Positions 16,871-26,322 of a stretch of DNA of 34,328 nt are shown in pieces (the first letter of the stretch is position 1; every line of letters starts with the position of its first letter). The notes under the pieces were generated by a model, which saw nothing but the letters and a program-made list of their open reading frames with translations, had not been told where the DNA came from and did no database searches. The DNA comes from a virus (taxonomy: Duplodnaviria; Caudoviricetes): positions 1 through 34,328 of the IMG/VR virus record IMGVR_UViG_3300046049_000141; one strand, written 5' to 3'. The position numbers and the translations under genes were made by a program.

Positions 16871-17791
16871 ATGAGCACCCCTCGCGCTAATCTCCCAGAA
16901 ATCGCCCAAAACCAAGCAAGCAAATATCTTACGCACAATAAATCCCTATGGGAACTTGAAGCACTCACCATAGGTGGCGTAATCGACCGCGATTTGACCT
17001 CCCCTCCTAGTTCTCCCAATGAAGGCGATTTGTATATTCCTGCCTCAACAGCGACCGGTGAATGGCAAGGAAAGGAAGACAACCTTGCCTATTACGTCAA
17101 TGGAGAGTGGATCTTCAGTCAACCTCAAGAAGGCTGGCAACATTACCTCATTGATGAAGCTGAGGTAATCACTTACTCTGGCAATGGGTGGGAAATAAAT
17201 ACAACCACCGCATATAGACTCTATGACGGAACAGATGAAGTAACAGCGTCTCAGGCTAGAACTCACATCGACAGCACTAGCAACCCTCATAGTGTAACCG
17301 CTACACAAGTTAATAATACTACTGCCCAGTGGAATGCTGACCAGTTACAGGGGAACGCGATCGCCACAACCTCTCCTACAGATGGGCAAGGGTTGTTTTG
17401 GAATGTAGGTGCTGGAGAATATCAACCTCAAACCCCTAGTGACGGTGACATGCTAAAGTCCACTTATGACAGTAATACAAATGGGCAAATAGATGCTACC
17501 GCTACAAATACTCCTTACTTAACATTTTCGCTTCAGAGTACTGATTATACGCTACAGTCAAGTGACCACGGAAAGTGGTTAGAGTTTGACAGTTCTGTAA
17601 CGGTTACTCTCCCAGATGGGTTGACCAATGGTTTCCAATGCTTTATTCAATTAATTTCAGCGGATACGGTTACGCTATCAGCGACAACTACTCTGAATGC
17701 GAAAGGAACACAAATTACAACTCAATGGGGTGTTGCTCGTGTTACCCATAGAGGCTCAAACGAGTGGAGAGCTGAAGGAGATCTCAGTTAA
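16871..17791 (+). CDS. DUF2793-domain tail fibre-like protein
   Basis: N-terminal QNQASKYLTHN..L..LEAL...PP.SP.EGD.YI...ATGEW.G......W.F..P.EGW; fibre motif HIDSTSNPHSVTATQV; C-terminal YTLQSSDHGK domain. Confidence 0.85.
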   Translation: MSTPRANLPEIAQNQASKYLTHNKSLWELEALTIGGVIDRDLTSPPSSPNEGDLYIPASTATGEWQGKEDNLAYYVNGEWIFSQPQEGWQHYLIDEAEVITYSGNGWEINTTTAYRLYDGTDEVTASQARTHIDSTSNPHSVTATQVNNTTAQWNADQLQGNAIATTSPTDGQGLFWNVGAGEYQPQTPSDGDMLKSTYDSNTNGQIDATATNTPYLTFSLQSTDYTLQSSDHGKWLEFDSSVTVTLPDGLTNGFQCFIQLISADTVTLSATTTLNAKGTQITTQWGVARVTHRGSNEWRAEGDLS

Positions 17792-17810
17792 AGCAAAGCA
17801 TAATTAGTAT

Positions 17811-18198
17811 GGGGCCGTCCCGGATTCGACAGGTTGGTGAAAGCCGACCCGTGATGCAGGTCGAGAGTGAGTCTACTCTCGTAAATTCAGGCTCAACTTC
17901 AAAAGTAACTGCGAACAACATCGTTCCATTTGCTCGTAAAGCAGCACCTGTTGCTGCCTAAAAGCCTCTAGTTAGGCACGAGCGTTCATAGTCTGACTCC
18001 GTTAAGGGCTATGGACAAAACCCCAACGGATGCGCACTTTAATTGCCTCTGGTCGATTGAGTGCAAAGACTTCACCAGAGATCCCCACCATCCGGGATAA
18101 AGGATGATTCCTGCCCAGAGGATTAGATGGGCTAAACCTGTGAAAGAACGGTAGGGAAATATCCAGCCTGGACAGCAGTTCAACTCTGCTCGGCTCCA
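17811..18198 (+). ncRNA. ssrA: tmRNA, one-piece cyanobacterial type
   Basis: 5' GGGGCCG..GGATTCGAC pairs with 3' CGGCTCC-A (G3:U); T-arm AGCAG-TTCAACT-CTGCT; tag reading frame 17911-17961 encodes ANNIVPFARKAAPVAA*. Confidence 0.98.
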
Positions 18199-18205
18199 CT
18201 CTGGG

Positions 18206-19042
18206 TCAGTTTGCATTCTCGCCAGCTAGATACTGGTCTTCACCAGGCATGAAGTTGGAATGGGGTGGTATTCCCCCAAAATTCTCAATGTTGTTGTAGT
18301 AGCTACAGCTATTAGCTCCGTCAAAAGTCTTTTTGCATCCGGCTACAGCCGTTACATTGTCTCCTACTTCTGGAAGAAAGGGAAGAGGCTCGTATAGGGT
18401 AACTACATCATTAGAGAAACTCTTCACATCAGCGACATTACCCTGATTAGTTCCACTAGTGAAAGTTACAGTACCAGCTTCTAGCCTGCCATCACTTAAA
18501 CTGCCACTGAGAGCGAACTGACTGGCGCTTGAGACGGAGCTGACATTAACGCTATAGGTTAGTCCACTTAAGTCTTTTTTGCACCTGCTATCGCCAAATT
18601 TATAGGGACAGAGAGGAGATGTTTTCTTATTCAGTTGGCGGTTCAAGATAGAGGAGCGACTGACCACTTCAAACTGATATGTGGTCTCTGTTGCCGTTGT
18701 CTCTCCTACTTGTCCTACTAGCAGTATTTGCCCTCCTTCGATGGTTGCAGGGAGGTTGAGGAAATCAACAGCAACAATCGTTATTTTCGCGTTGTCGTAT
18801 TTCCCTGCTGAGATGTCTGTCCCTGAGATGGCACTGTCATCGAGAAGACTTTTAATCTCTAAGTTGTCAGTAGACAGATTTGTCTTTTGGGCTACGGCTG
18901 TAGGGTCTGTTGCGGTATTCGCTTTATAAGTGATGCCATCTATCACCAAGTCACAATCATGGTCAGTGAATCCCATAGCAGAGCCGTTATCAGGCTCAAT
19001 GAGAACGCAGTGACAAATAGTGAGTAAGTCTTTATTAAACAT
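18206..19042 (-). CDS. DUF2163 / BR0599-family tail hub protein
   Basis: GFTDHDCDL..DG..Y, DISAGKYDNA, C...FGDSRC, AGCKKTF..C...NN..NFGG.P..PG. Confidence 0.92.
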   Translation of the reverse strand: MFNKDLLTICHCVLIEPDNGSAMGFTDHDCDLVIDGITYKANTATDPTAVAQKTNLSTDNLEIKSLLDDSAISGTDISAGKYDNAKITIVAVDFLNLPATIEGGQILLVGQVGETTATETTYQFEVVSRSSILNRQLNKKTSPLCPYKFGDSRCKKDLSGLTYSVNVSSVSSASQFALSGSLSDGRLEAGTVTFTSGTNQGNVADVKSFSNDVVTLYEPLPFLPEVGDNVTAVAGCKKTFDGANSCSYYNNIENFGGIPPHSNFMPGEDQYLAGENAN

Positions 19043-21678
19043 TAGTAGTTTTCATGATAAATCCACAAATAGGTTCCAGTCACACTTTTCCCTGCATCAT
19101 TACTGGAAAATTCCAAAAGCCCACTTTGATTAAAGCGAACCTGATTGGCTCCGGGAGCACCGGCTGAACTGGAAAGCAATTCGGCTTCACCGGCATAACC
19201 TTCAATGCTGATGGAATGGGAATATTTAGGTCTATCATCATCCAACCCTATCCAATTGGAATCAGATGCACTCCCATTGGGAGATTCGGCGACATAAAGC
19301 TCATGAGGAGAGGAGCTAGGAATAGTGTCATTGAGATCCGAATTAGAAGTGGGCTTAACATAGATGTTCCAAGCAACATCGAAAGAGGTAACATTATCTT
19401 TAACCATGCCTTCATAGATCGTAGTAGTGTAGTAGTCACCTTCTGCAAAGTCTTTCGGGTTACTGGAATCTAACTCTTCCCATTTGATATCGATTCCCTC
19501 GACTAAGGGTTGCACATCCGTGTGGGTTGGTTTTCCCCCATAAGTTGATGGTTCTATCCAGGTTTTATTGGTCGAATCCCATTGCCAATCTTCTTTAATC
19601 CAGTTGGAACCGTCCCAACCATAAGTATCCCAAATCAATGGATTTAAATGTTCTCCATTCCATTGATTAGATATGTGGTTATAAAGTGTAAAATAAGTAT
19701 CATTATCATCTTTTTCAAGTAGATTTCCTTGACCTAAATTTATGTACTCCTCATTATTAGAGGAATTGTTATTAGTAATTTGTATCTCGTTGATGTTACC
19801 AGAACTTTCAATTTCTAATATGTATGCATTGTTATCTGTTCGAATTACAAAACGGTCTCCCATAAAAGGAGTGGGAGTAACATTAAACACCTTGTCACTA
19901 AGATCTATATGTCCATTCCCAAATTCAAAAGTCTCGAGATCATCGCTGTTAATATCATTAGCAACCCAGATTTTTCCAGAATATGCAGGAACAGAATTTA
20001 TTTGAGTTAATGTTATACTTTCATCAACGTAATTAACAGTCACTTTCTGACCACCTGTTAAGGTTTCGCTCCAAAAGTAAAAGTAGTTTTTATCTAAAAC
20101 AATTGCCAATCTAAAATCAGAGTGATTATTATTTCCCTTTATACCTTTTACGACTGACCAATCATTAGTTATCTCATTAATTGAAAAGGATCGCCCTACA
20201 GAAAAGTCATCTTCGTTGGCTAATCGCCCCTCAAAAACAGCGTATATTTTACTGTTTGCCTCTGTTATCCCATAACACTGATCTGAATTGAGATTACTTG
20301 TGGTATCGTTTGTTAAGTCAATCTGATGGAGACCAGTATCTCGACAGGCTACATATAGACTGTTATTAGACTCACGGTAATAACATTGCTGAACATTGCC
20401 GAGATTGTAATTACTATAATCACCACTAAAAAGATTTAGAATTGTAGCCCCTGAACCATCCCAAAAAGCAAATTTTTGTTCCGAAATTCGTTCATTTTTG
20501 AACATGATAGTATTGCTATTTTGAGCATAATGAGCACCTTCAAAAGTATTCTCTGTAGCGTTTAAAAACGGCATAAGCGAGGAATGAGGATTATAATTAT
20601 TACCACTAAAACTTATGAATTTCCGTTTTGCTATTTTGTATTCAGCAACACCTAAATCGCCGGAACTTGTAATGTCAAGTCGCCATAATTCAGGTATTAA
20701 AGCTGATTTACTCCCACTTAAAACAGGTTGCTTACTACCATTTGCTAAATAATTAGAATCATAAAAAGGTTTATCGCTATCTGAATTATGTCCAAACATG
20801 TTTCCAATTAGCGGATAACTAGATAAAGTGTTCTCAAATGATATTGCAGTATAAGGACTACCGTTTGTCCAAGTGTTATTACCGTTTTCTAAATCATAAG
20901 CGGAACCTAAAGCAATTGTGTTTATGGCTCTTCCGGTGAAACTTCCATTGTTAAAACTTCGTTCTTGACGAATTTTGTAAAGTGAATTTACTTCTTGTTG
21001 TATTTCATCTCGAAAACCAAAATCTTCGTAACTCTCTTTTTGTGACAATAAAAAATATTTTTGAGATGGTTTTTGTACAATTGAAAAAGTACACTCTTCG
21101 TCAATATAACTATAATACTTAAACCAACTTAACGCTAAATCATAATGTCCTGCCAATAGCGTATTAGCACTGTTATCCCAATTAAAAACGATTCGATAGA
21201 AAAAGTCTAAATTTTCATTTTCGGCTTGAGTGACAGTTGAACTCAAGACAAGATGAGTATAAGCTGGCTCAGTAGTTCCACCTGTATCATTGTTAGTGCC
21301 AGCAGAAGTAAGACCAATTGAATTAAAAGAGCGAGAACTTCCTGTAAAACCAATACGGTTACGTATTTCGATGTATGGTGGATCTGCACTCTTTAATACA
21401 GGGAAAATATTTCTATAACTTGGTGAGCCTCCTGCAATAGCAAGGACATTATTAACCTGATTATCTGTTCGAGCTATTAAACTACTTTCAGAGCTTATGA
21501 AAACTTTTTTCTGGTTCCAGTGATCACTTCCAATAAAAAAATTACCATAACTACTGGAAATATTTAAAACCTCCTCATAGAACCTGTTTTGAATTTGATT
21601 TGTAGTATTATACTCACGCTTTACACTGTCTGTGTGAGCATCTTTTACCTGAATTAAGCATTCACCTGTGAGTTTCAT
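19042..21678 (-). CDS. Large virion structural protein, possible receptor-binding or tail accessory protein
   Basis: 878 aa, rich in S/N/T/Y, coupled between DUF2460 and DUF2163 genes, visibly AT-richer than its neighbours. Confidence 0.55.
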   Translation of the reverse strand: MKLTGECLIQVKDAHTDSVKREYNTTNQIQNRFYEEVLNISSSYGNFFIGSDHWNQKKVFISSESSLIARTDNQVNNVLAIAGGSPSYRNIFPVLKSADPPYIEIRNRIGFTGSSRSFNSIGLTSAGTNNDTGGTTEPAYTHLVLSSTVTQAENENLDFFYRIVFNWDNSANTLLAGHYDLALSWFKYYSYIDEECTFSIVQKPSQKYFLLSQKESYEDFGFRDEIQQEVNSLYKIRQERSFNNGSFTGRAINTIALGSAYDLENGNNTWTNGSPYTAISFENTLSSYPLIGNMFGHNSDSDKPFYDSNYLANGSKQPVLSGSKSALIPELWRLDITSSGDLGVAEYKIAKRKFISFSGNNYNPHSSLMPFLNATENTFEGAHYAQNSNTIMFKNERISEQKFAFWDGSGATILNLFSGDYSNYNLGNVQQCYYRESNNSLYVACRDTGLHQIDLTNDTTSNLNSDQCYGITEANSKIYAVFEGRLANEDDFSVGRSFSINEITNDWSVVKGIKGNNNHSDFRLAIVLDKNYFYFWSETLTGGQKVTVNYVDESITLTQINSVPAYSGKIWVANDINSDDLETFEFGNGHIDLSDKVFNVTPTPFMGDRFVIRTDNNAYILEIESSGNINEIQITNNNSSNNEEYINLGQGNLLEKDDNDTYFTLYNHISNQWNGEHLNPLIWDTYGWDGSNWIKEDWQWDSTNKTWIEPSTYGGKPTHTDVQPLVEGIDIKWEELDSSNPKDFAEGDYYTTTIYEGMVKDNVTSFDVAWNIYVKPTSNSDLNDTIPSSSPHELYVAESPNGSASDSNWIGLDDDRPKYSHSISIEGYAGEAELLSSSAGAPGANQVRFNQSGLLEFSSNDAGKSVTGTYLWIYHENY

Positions 21679-21687
21679 AACTTGTCC

Positions 21688-23655
21688 TTAAACACTACTT
21701 TGGTTTGCGTAAATTAAATAATCGGCGGTTACTATTGATGTCCCTTTCCAAACTGTAGCAACTGGTGCATGATCTTCACTGTTTTGGAATTCTAAACTAG
21801 AAGCATATAAGAAATAATTAGCCTGAGAAGTGATTGTATTCCAACTGTTATGAACTGGTGCATGTGGCTCTTCAAATGTAAACTCTCTTAAGGCAATGTG
21901 TTTGAAGTAATCTTTGGTAACTACATTCTGAGCACTCCAATAAGTGCTTACAGGAGAACTTACTTCATCCCCAGCTAATGTTGCTTCTGGTTTCCCTACT
22001 GGAGATGACCAAACTGAAGAAAAATTGAAACGGTAAGAACTTTTGACTTGATAAAGTTGATCATCTAGAAGTTCAACCTTTTTAGGTTCCTTATCTACAT
22101 CAATTGTGCTAACTAATTGAAGCGGATTGACCTTATAAAGCTCATGTTTAACCAAAAACTCACCATAGTAGTCTGGATCGCTTATGGTATAAAAATAAGG
22201 ACTTGTTAGTTTATATACTTGCGTAGAAGTACTAGGTTCAGATGGGAATGCATTCAGTTCTATCTTGGGTTCTCTTAGTTCGCCACTATAACTGCTATGA
22301 ATTGGTGCATGTTCATCCTTGACGTTGGTTTCGATTTCAAGTAAATCAAAAATGGCGGGGTTTGCAAGGGACTGAAGTTTTAAGGTTAGTGTGTTCCCTC
22401 GACCAGGGTAATACTCTTCTTCAAAGGTAAGAACAGGGTCAATGCGATTAGGGTCGTCCAAGCTTACCAGTGGATTACCGTTGCCGTCATCTCCAGCACC
22501 TTCCACAATAGACCATTCAAAATCGCCACGCGCTTCTGCTCCTTCAATCCGATAAGTGCGAGAGACAAAGGGATAATGAATTTTGTCTTCTCCGGTATCT
22601 ACTTGTGCTCTTATTTCCTTGAATAGTAAATCAGAGTAGTTATAAATTAATTCTTTATCCGCAGTCGCTCCTTCTAGCTGTAGTGAGAGAACGTCGCTAT
22701 CAAAGCGCATTGATATCTCATCGTCTTTATGAACCCAATTGTAAATAAAAGCGTTGAAACGCCCTCTACAAGAGATAAACAATGCGGTTAGGTAGTCTGC
22801 CTCTTTCTCGTATAAAATTGAACCTTGGAATGCCCCATAGAGATAATTTTCATTGTTATACGTGAGTCGGTTCTCATACCCAACTGTTGACTCTTCAATA
22901 AGCGTTTTCCAGGTATTGCGGTACTCCAGTTTGGGATGAATATCCAATTGAAACTGAACAAGACCATCCACGAAGTCCTTCTTCTGGTAAATAGGCACTC
23001 GCTTGTCTAACAACTCCACAATCGGTAAGCTGTCAAACGTAAAAAAGCTACCGCATTCGTTATCCGCGTCGTATACCTCTTGAACACGTGGTAGCTCTTC
23101 AGCATCAAACCGAACTGGCAAATCGTATTCCCCAGCCCAAGTAATCTCTCCAGCAGGGGCAGAATCGAATACAAGCCGTCCTGAGGCTAAATCGACGGAA
23201 TAGCCAATAACTAGTTTGGTCCCGTCTTCATAGGCAAATACAGTGTCTTCTACAGGCTTAGTGATAGTCTTGTAGGAACAGCGATCGCCAGAACAGTAAG
23301 CCTTGACAAGCTGGAACTCTTTATTTGTACCAGGAATGGGGTAGACAATTCCCTGGGTATAGGTTTGATCATTGTCATCTAAGTACCTAGGTTCCGCTGT
23401 AGCTTCATAATCACAGGGATTTTGAATGCGGAATCCCTCATATCTACCCTGGCGAGCGTTGTAAAAGTCAACTAGAGTCTCTACCTCTTGCTGGTTGAGC
23501 AGGAGCGAACCGAAATCGCCCCGAAATCTGTATTCGGTTGAGCGGGGTATACGTTGCTCTTCGCCAGCTCCGTTCTCAAGGATAATAGTGTTAAATTGAT
23601 AATCAACCTGGATTTTACTCAGGATGGGTAGTTCCAGTCGCTTTTCTGTAAACAT
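21688..23655 (-). CDS. DUF2460-family distal tail protein with extended C-terminus
   Basis: F.T.I.E...G.EQR, FYNARQGR..GFR, TITKPVEDTV, ITWAGEYDLPVRFD; second degenerate copy (GYENR...CRGRFNAF...MRFDSD). Confidence 0.88.
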   Translation of the reverse strand: MFTEKRLELPILSKIQVDYQFNTIILENGAGEEQRIPRSTEYRFRGDFGSLLLNQQEVETLVDFYNARQGRYEGFRIQNPCDYEATAEPRYLDDNDQTYTQGIVYPIPGTNKEFQLVKAYCSGDRCSYKTITKPVEDTVFAYEDGTKLVIGYSVDLASGRLVFDSAPAGEITWAGEYDLPVRFDAEELPRVQEVYDADNECGSFFTFDSLPIVELLDKRVPIYQKKDFVDGLVQFQLDIHPKLEYRNTWKTLIEESTVGYENRLTYNNENYLYGAFQGSILYEKEADYLTALFISCRGRFNAFIYNWVHKDDEISMRFDSDVLSLQLEGATADKELIYNYSDLLFKEIRAQVDTGEDKIHYPFVSRTYRIEGAEARGDFEWSIVEGAGDDGNGNPLVSLDDPNRIDPVLTFEEEYYPGRGNTLTLKLQSLANPAIFDLLEIETNVKDEHAPIHSSYSGELREPKIELNAFPSEPSTSTQVYKLTSPYFYTISDPDYYGEFLVKHELYKVNPLQLVSTIDVDKEPKKVELLDDQLYQVKSSYRFNFSSVWSSPVGKPEATLAGDEVSSPVSTYWSAQNVVTKDYFKHIALREFTFEEPHAPVHNSWNTITSQANYFLYASSLEFQNSEDHAPVATVWKGTSIVTADYLIYANQSSV

Positions 23656-23717
23656 TTGCTAGCTGAAAGTCTCATTCCAAATATGCAAAAGCAAAGGTTC
23701 GAGGCGATTGCTTAGTC

Positions 23718-23760
23718 TGTTTAAGATTGTTATATATACCCCTAATAACAACCTTAAACA
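23718..23760. repeat. Palindromic repeat, copy 2 (left flank GGTTCGAGGCGATT, followed by an IS-end hairpin to ~23812)
   Basis: TGTTTAAGATTGTTATATATACCCCTAATAACAACCTTAAACA. Confidence 0.85.
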
Positions 23761-23833
23761 AAATTGCTGTAAGTCCCATGCCATAATCTTTGATTTGGGG
23801 TTGGTGGTTTACCTCTCTTGTTCTAAAGATACG

Positions 23834-23863
23834 AAAAAAAGCGATGACATCTATTGCCATCGC
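23834..23863 (-). terminator. Intrinsic terminator after the tail tube gene
   Basis: Minus strand GCGATGGCA-ATAGA-TGTCATCGC-TTTTTTT. Confidence 0.8.
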
Positions 23864-23895
23864 CTCTGAAAATCATGAAATATCAGGTTCTGTTA

Positions 23896-24705
23896 TTAAC
23901 TGACCATCGGGAGTCCGGCTAATTTAGTTACCCGATCAAAGGTACTCTGTTCGCTACTAGATAGATATTCCCTCAAAGGAGGCAAAGCATAGGGCGCTTG
24001 CATCATCAGCGTAGCGGAAGGCCGACTGATTTCGCTGAGTTCAGATGAATCAGAGAAATCAGTAACCTTGGCACTACCCCAAGCTTGCCTATTGTCTCCT
24101 CTCCTAATGAAAGCAAACACATCACTAGTGTTTTGACTAGCCCGAAAGAGGATATCGTGCAGAGCCTCATCATCTTTCTGGTTAATCATTTCCAAGCTGA
24201 TACTCAGAGACACGTTTGTCTTGACTTCACTCTGCTGAAGCCCATCTGTCAGACTATAACGAGAAACAGTATCACTGGAGCTTTCTAGAGGAATTGAAGT
24301 GGGGCTAAGAATACTTAGCAGCCCCCAGGTGTCCACATCTCCAGTCGGTTCGTCACCACTGGGAACGGGTTCAACCGGAATAGGATCACCATCTGCCGTT
24401 GTAGCAGTGATAACAGTTTTCTCAGCTACAACAGCGGTATTAGTCCCATCGTTCAGAATATGACCTTTCCTTAAGGTAACAGTGGGAGAACCGCTAGAAG
24501 GACTGCTAATGTAACCATAAACTTCAATGGTGTCACCGTCTGAGTTGGTTTCAGCGTCCGTAGGAACGGAAAGAGTGAGAGTGTAAACAGTAGGCTCTTT
24601 CTGGCAATTAGGAAGTCTACCTAGCAGGATTAGTGAGCCTGCATTATAGACTTCATTGCAAGAATCTAGGGTGTTGTCTGTAATTAAATCGGCATACGTA
24701 CTCAT
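23896..24705 (-). CDS. Major tail tube protein
   Basis: Last gene of the neck operon, followed by a terminator; beta-rich with G.AKVTDFS near the C-terminus; ATG 24705 after AGGAG. Confidence 0.65.
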   Translation of the reverse strand: MSTYADLITDNTLDSCNEVYNAGSLILLGRLPNCQKEPTVYTLTLSVPTDAETNSDGDTIEVYGYISSPSSGSPTVTLRKGHILNDGTNTAVVAEKTVITATTADGDPIPVEPVPSGDEPTGDVDTWGLLSILSPTSIPLESSSDTVSRYSLTDGLQQSEVKTNVSLSISLEMINQKDDEALHDILFRASQNTSDVFAFIRRGDNRQAWGSAKVTDFSDSSELSEISRPSATLMMQAPYALPPLREYLSSSEQSTFDRVTKLAGLPMVS

Positions 24706-24737
24706 AGTAATCAATACTCCTAAAAGTGTCTTTTCTT

Positions 24738-25181
24738 CTAATTAAAATTTCTAATGGTTGGATACAAGTCTAGATAATCAAAAGTAAAGCGATATTGCGG
24801 ATAACTACCTAGAATGTCATCTTGTGGTGTATATACACCCCTAGAACGCCAAAAGTATCTTTGTAACCTATCAACCCCAAAAGGTAACGTTGGCAATCCT
24901 TCCGTATCCCTCTGGATTAGGATGATGTTCCATTCCTGTTCCAAGTGTTTATAAGCTCCAACCCAAGTGGAGCGAACCGTATCACCTACCAGTGGTATAA
25001 AAACCTCTAAGCCTTGAACAGTGACAGAGTTTGGTGTATTACCCACAGCGATAGCAGACATCTCGTAACCGCTAGGATATTGATACGTACCCAGCAGGTT
25101 TTCACCCAGCTTATTTGAGCCTAGAATCGCCTCAATAGCGTTCCTAACATCTATCGCTTGAATGGGAGTACACTCAGGCAT
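24738..25181 (-). CDS. Putative tail terminator protein
   Basis: 147 aa; synteny between the gp10-like and tail tube genes. Confidence 0.5.
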   Translation of the reverse strand: MPECTPIQAIDVRNAIEAILGSNKLGENLLGTYQYPSGYEMSAIAVGNTPNSVTVQGLEVFIPLVGDTVRSTWVGAYKHLEQEWNIILIQRDTEGLPTLPFGVDRLQRYFWRSRGVYTPQDDILGSYPQYRFTFDYLDLYPTIRNFN

Positions 25182-25587
25182 CGAAGCCCTCCTTAAAAAC
25201 CTCTGCTAGTCTTCCTTCACGCGCCGCAATTTCTGTCCAGCGTCTAGCAGGAATACTATTTCCGTTTCTTAGCTGTGCACCTTCATGGACAATCACTGCT
25301 GGTGTTTCACCATTACCAGTCCAAGTGAATTGTGCATAATTATCGCCCTCTTCAATGGTGTACTCTTGAGAACGCTTAAGATTTCCAAGATCGACAATAT
25401 TTCGGTAGCCACCAACCACTACCTCACCATTACTACGATGGGTTACACCAAATCCTGAACCCCAATCGCGAGGTTCTGAGATTACGTCCCGATTTGTCTG
25501 GTCATAAGCCTCAACAGCAGATTCAAATCCAGCTCGAATCTTACGCTTTAGCTCATCATAGTTCTGATTCTTGCTAGTTACTTTCAT
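25174..25587 (-). CDS. Putative tail completion / HK97 gp10-like neck protein
   Basis: RNIVDLGNLKRS, A.IVHEG, IPARRW motifs; likely start ATG 25587. Confidence 0.7.
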   Translation of the reverse strand: MKVTSKNQNYDELKRKIRAGFESAVEAYDQTNRDVISEPRDWGSGFGVTHRSNGEVVVGGYRNIVDLGNLKRSQEYTIEEGDNYAQFTWTGNGETPAVIVHEGAQLRNGNSIPARRWTEIAAREGRLAEVFKEGFDA

Positions 25588-25969
25588 TCCGCTCTTCCTC
25601 CACTTGCAGGAACCCTGCAATAGCATCGCCAAAATAGCTCTCCAAACCTAGCCTCGAACGATTCTTGGGTAATAGATAGAATTTGCCCTTCATATGCCCT
25701 TGCCCCCCTTTATCGAGGGTTAAGTCGATAAACTTTCTAGTCTTGAACTCAGAGGGCAAATATCGAGGCTGTGAGGCTCTTCCTTCTAGGTATATGCTTG
25801 TCTCATCTACACCAGGCAAAGTGTCTTGTTTGGGTCTAGAGACTTCTTCTAAAGAAGCTTTTACCTCAGTCTTGGTTTTGCCAAAGATGGGCGCTCCTGT
25901 AACTGGATCGAAACCAGTTGGCTGATCTGAATCTGTAGTGTAGGTGAGTAAAGCGTTCTGCTGGAACAT
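25574..25969 (-). CDS. Putative head closure protein
   Basis: GFDPVTGAPI N-terminal motif; synteny. Confidence 0.55.
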   Translation of the reverse strand: MFQQNALLTYTTDSDQPTGFDPVTGAPIFGKTKTEVKASLEEVSRPKQDTLPGVDETSIYLEGRASQPRYLPSEFKTRKFIDLTLDKGGQGHMKGKFYLLPKNRSRLGLESYFGDAIAGFLQVEEERNESN

Positions 25970-26322
25970 TAGAGTATGAAACTCCCCCTGTAGTAAACCA
26001 TGAGGAAATCGTCAAGTCGCTGACCGTAGACAGTCGTGGTCAACTCGTGCCCTTCACCAGCCGTCGCAAAAGAGATGGAGTCGTTATTAGAAGAAACCTT
26101 CTTTACAACGCCTGATTCTCCCAAATTCCCTTTTTCCATCCGCTCATCTAGCTTCAAAAGGTGGGCAGTGTAAAGCTTAATTGCGTAATCGCGAGCCTCA
26201 CCGAACAAGCCACTGAAGCTACGATTCTCTAGTTCAGCTTGCTCAAGAAAGCTAGTAATTTTGGCAGATTCCAAGTTGCTAAACTCGGAAAAGGTGGTTT
26301 GGAAAGAAGAAGCTGTAACCAT
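25969..26322 (-). CDS. DUF4054-family head-tail adaptor
   Basis: F...F.EF...LYTAHLL....S..SISF....T.YGQ. Confidence 0.85.
   Translation of the reverse strand: MVTASSFQTTFSEFSNLESAKITSFLEQAELENRSFSGLFGEARDYAIKLYTAHLLKLDERMEKGNLGESGVVKKVSSNNDSISFATAGEGHELTTTVYGQRLDDFLMVYYRGSFIL

Noticed and set aside
17811-18198. ssrA as a classical prophage attachment site
   Set aside because: Complementary parts of one tail-tip module lie on both sides, and no integrase or duplicated 3' fragment was seen in the window; cannot be excluded outside it.
17986-18216. Two - strand ORFs (76 and 65 aa)
   Set aside because: Antisense to the tmRNA gene, with no recognisable protein features.
18877-18888. GATTTGTCTTTT matches positions 4-15 of guide A, inside the DUF2163 gene
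   Set aside because: The first three seed bases mismatch, the sequence is T-rich and low-complexity, and no TAM-like motif is adjacent; probably chance.
19744-19753. GTACTCCTCA matches part of guide D
   Set aside because: Only 10 nt, within chance expectation for this window size.
16871-21678. Diversity-generating retroelement or invertase-driven tail fibre switch
   Set aside because: No reverse transcriptase, TR/VR pair or recombinase gene was recognised in the window.
23672-23860. 62-aa - strand ORF
   Set aside because: Runs through a terminator, an IS-end hairpin and palindrome copy 2.
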